A model generated the notes under the pieces. It worked only from the letters and a program-made list of their open reading frames with translations. It searched no databases and was not told the origin of the DNA. The translations under genes and the position numbers were made by a program. A stretch of 63,732 bases of DNA, counting the filler, from Octopus bimaculoides (taxonomy: Eukaryota), in assembly GCF_001194135.2 (NCBI RefSeq). It is 5 parts of 5 records of this genome, joined end to end, with 100 filler letters (N's around TTAATTAATTAA, not from the genome) between each part and the next. Parts side by side here need not be neighbours in the genome. Positions count along the whole stretch, not along the records: positions 52,608 to 62,185 come from NC_069005.1; positions 62,286 to 63,732 come from NC_068987.1; 3 more parts are not named here. The stretch is one strand, 5' to 3'. Position 1 is the stretch's first letter. Every line of letters begins with the position of its first letter. This document shows positions 60,227 to 63,732 of this stretch, piece after piece.

Positions 60227-61849
60227 GCAACCACCGGTTGGCGATGGGAAGTGATTTTCAATGCAATAACCTGTTCGGTTTGTGCATTTTCCTTCTTTAA
60301 TTCTTTATATATGTTACAAATTCACCCCGTGGGGATAATCGAAATTCCTCCCTTTCTGTTGCTATATATATATATATAAAACAAATAATAAATGAGTATA
60401 TGCATATATACGTACAGGTATGTGCACACCTACGTCTACCTGTATATATAGNNNNNNNNNNCACAAAAATCAGCAGGAGAGTGGTATTAAAATACACACA
60501 CAAATATATATATATATATGAAAGGGAGAGGGGGAGGAAATTTTGGGGTCAAGGGTGAGAAAGAATATCTGTATTAAGAAAGTAAGAAAAAGAAGGGAAG
60601 AATTGTGACAGCAACTATAAGTTTTTTCAGTAGAGGAATGTATATAGTGTGTGGTCAGCGTGTTTACCATAGGAAGTGGTGGAGGTGTATGTTGGCGTAT
60701 GTACTTGTAAGTTTACGGAGGGAAGGGGTAGGAGGGGGAGGAGTTGAAATAAAAAGAAAGACAAAAAAGGTAAGGGAAAAAACGGAAAGGTGTGTAATTG
60801 ACAATAAAGGAATTAAAGTGGAGATATATTGTTGGTTTAATATATAGTGGTAGTGAAGGTGGATAAAAGAGAAAATTTATGAAGGTTGGGAGAAGAGAGC
60901 GGGGTTGGATTGTAATTATTTATATTTTGAGAATAAATTTAGTGACCGATGTTTGCATGTAAATATTATACTGTTTCGTTCATTAAGACAATTCGTGGAT
61001 TGCAAAATAGTCAAAACCTCGGCTATGCAAAGATCACACTTATTATAGCTGCATACATACATACATACATACATACATACATACATACATACATNNNNNN
61101 NNNNNNNNNNNNNNNNNNNNNNNNNNNNNNNNNNNNNNNNNNNNNNNNNNNNNNNNNNNNNNNNNNNNNNNNNNNNNNNNNNNNNNNNNNNNNNATGATG
61201 ATGATGATGATGATATATATTTATTTATTTATATACATATATTTATTTATTTATATACATATATATATTTATTTATCTATATACATATATATATTTATTT
61301 ATTTACATACATATATATATTTATTTATTTACATACATATATATTTATTTATTTACATATATATATATTTATATATTTATTTATACATATTTCTCTACCC
61401 CAACAACAAGTTGGGGACCTAGGGTAGACCAAGAAAGAGAGAGTTGGATAATATTTCACATTATTGAACCATGGACAGAATCTCGCATCTTAGTTGTTGT
61501 TCTGCCTCACCATGCCATTAACCCACTGGTTTACTGAGTCTCCCACTTCTAGGTTCAGTGAAAAATGAGTTATTTAACCCTAACCCTAACACAACATCAG
61601 ATCATTATTGAGAATGGATTTAAATAAATATCCCATTTTTAAGATTGTTCTTGTTCCTGCAGAGACGACCTTCTGAATAAAGGTATTTATAATTAGTTCA
61701 ATAGCATTGCAAGATGATAGAGGGTTTTTTAAACCATTGTTAAATAAAAACAAAAATTTTAATGAAAAATCTTACACTCTGGTCTGACTTGAATCCACTA
61801 GCAGATTATTCAGGATGTCCTATCACTGCTTATTTATCTGTGTCTTTAC

Positions 61850-62050
61850 TTACATTGGGTGCCTTGTTAATTTCTGTGGGAAATAAGACAATTAAATCTA
61901 CCACAGCATCAAATCAATAATAATAGATTTAAATATCTTATTTTTAAGTTGTTTCTCAGGTGTTGGTTTGATGGACTAATAGGTAAAGGTGTTAGTAGTT
62001 TAACTAATAACCTTGTATGAAGGTAGAGGTTTCAATCTCTATCTAGAAAA
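61850..62050 (-). mobile_element. Decayed Penelope-like RT/thumb remnant
   Basis: FLDIEI followed by a TTNTFTY-like motif; stops and frameshifts. Confidence 0.4.
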
Positions 62051-62285
62051 TATATTTTTTAATATTTTTGTATAAACGAAAATAAAAGGACTCTCACCTT
62101 CTTCCCTCATCCTGACCAGGCTTGAACACTGGACAGGACAGGTCAGAATGTCCCCCTCACCCAGTTCATCTACACTCACCTTTGCNNNNNNNNNNNNNNN
62201 NNNNNNNNNNNNNNNNNNNNNNNNNNNNNTTAATTAATTAANNNNNNNNNNNNNNNNNNNNNNNNNNNNNNNNNNNNNNNNNNNN

Positions 62286-63732
62286 GAAGGAATTCAAGCA
62301 ACCCAAATGGAGTGGTAATCACAGTTTTCGGTATATCTTTTTCTTCCACAGGAATTTGATTGTATGCTCTAACTAAATCAATTTTCGAAAAAACAGTGCA
62401 ACCATTCAAAGAAGTTGCAAATTCCATAATATGAGGAATTGGATATTTGTCTGCTTTCAGTTTTGCGTTAAGTTGTCTAAAATCTCCACAAGGACGCCAG
62501 TCAATGAGATTTTTTTTTACCATAACTAATGGAGTTGACCAGCTACTACTTGAAGGACGAATTATACCAAGGTCCAACATATGACTAAACTCGGCCTTTG
62601 CAATCTTCAATTTTTCCGGAGATAGTCTTCTCAGCTTGGAAAAACTTGGAGGTCCTTGTGTGATGATGTGATGTGTTACTGAATGCATACACTTAGTATT
62701 TAGAGCTAATTGTGTCGTAATTTTAGGATAATTATTCAACAACCTGTGACACCGATTTTCTGAGGATGCTATGAAATACAATGGACTGTCTGTGACCTTT
62801 CTGCATCTCATTCCTTGGATTTTTAATGAAGTTTCTGTGTCTATCAGTTTTTGTTTCTTTATATCTACCATTAAATTGTAGTGTGCGAGAAAATTTGCCC
62901 CTAATATTGGGTAAGGTAGATCCGCTACTATGAAGATCCACTTAAATTCTCTTCGTAGATTTATATTGAGAGTTAGGTTAATCTCTCCAAATGTTTGGAT
63001 TTCAGATTGATTAGCTGCTTGAAGAGTCAAATATACAGGCTTTGGTTTTTCTTTTAAAAGTTTTACAGGCCAAATTAAACAAGCTGCTCCTGTATCAACC
63101 ACAAACCTTTCTTTAGAGTTCGTGTCAAAAACGAAAAATACGCGACTTTTATTTAAGCTATCCACAGATTTCGTCGCATCAAATCCGTGGTTGAGAAGTT
63201 TTCCGACTTTCTTTTTGTTCAAAAAATTAAATGAACATGGTTTCACACAGCGATAATATTTGTCACCAAACTTTGTATGGTACCAGCATATGGCGTTTCT
63301 TTTGGGACTTTTCGATCTCCTTCGTCGTCTTGTGTTTCTTGTATTTGACTGACTGTCTCTTTCGAACTGAAGACTTTCAATTTTTTTCGTCAATAACTCA
63401 AATTGTTTTTCATAACTCTCCTTCAATGCTTGTATTTCATCGGAGATTGAAGGAATTGCATTTACAGACTCTCTAGATGACAATTCCAAAATGCCATCTG
63501 CTAAATCTGCCAATTGTTGAAGAGAGTTTTGCTTTTTCACAGCCGAAAGCAAGGTTTGTGTCTTGTAAGGCAATTTAGTAAAGAAAACCTCTTTGAGGTA
63601 AGATTCTTCTATTTGTTGATCTCCAAGAAGTTCGTTCATCCTCCGAAGAAGTTGTGTTGGCTTCTTATTGCCTAATTCTTCATTATTGAACAGCTTCGCA
63701 AATTCTTTCTGTTTTGAATTTGAAGTTCTTTT
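62286..63732 (-). mobile_element. Ty3/Gypsy (CsRn1/Boudicca-like) gag-protease-RT ORF, cut by a gap and the window edge
   Basis: [33 protein letters not shown] (CHCC knuckle), FVVDTGA protease, [36 protein letters not shown]. One open frame from the window edge to the gap. Confidence 0.95.

Overview
AT-rich, gap-riddled animal genomic DNA that is almost entirely repeats. The tRNA-derived SINE families, TTAGGG repeats and very high (TA)n/(TACA)n/(AAT)n load suggest a coleoid cephalopod such as Octopus (inference, no database search). I can confirm no host protein-coding gene, rRNA, true tRNA or CRISPR array. Most listed ORFs are microsatellite or N-gap artefacts. Recognisable remnants include pogo/Tigger, hAT-Charlie, Merlin and mariner DNA transposons and MITEs; Penelope-like elements (PLE); CR1-group, RTE, Tx1-like, R4/Dong-like and HERO-like LINEs; at least four SINE families; and an uninterrupted Ty3/Gypsy gag-pol at the right edge. 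The main unexplained signal is a set of minimal hammerhead-ribozyme motifs with self-complementary stem III in several unrelated short repeat families. The best are at 60182-60226(-), 41713-41760(+), 10628-10663(-) and 10994-11029(-). Related motifs occur in a 353-bp retrozyme-like tandem unit and in the 3' ends of RLE-type LINEs. Other highlights are two SINE-LINE tail pairings (one with a Tx1-like LINE), a triple-nested insertion with both target-site duplications visible, and a perfect telomeric-repeat palindrome inside a MITE. Most repeat boundaries are approximate (about +/-20 nt).
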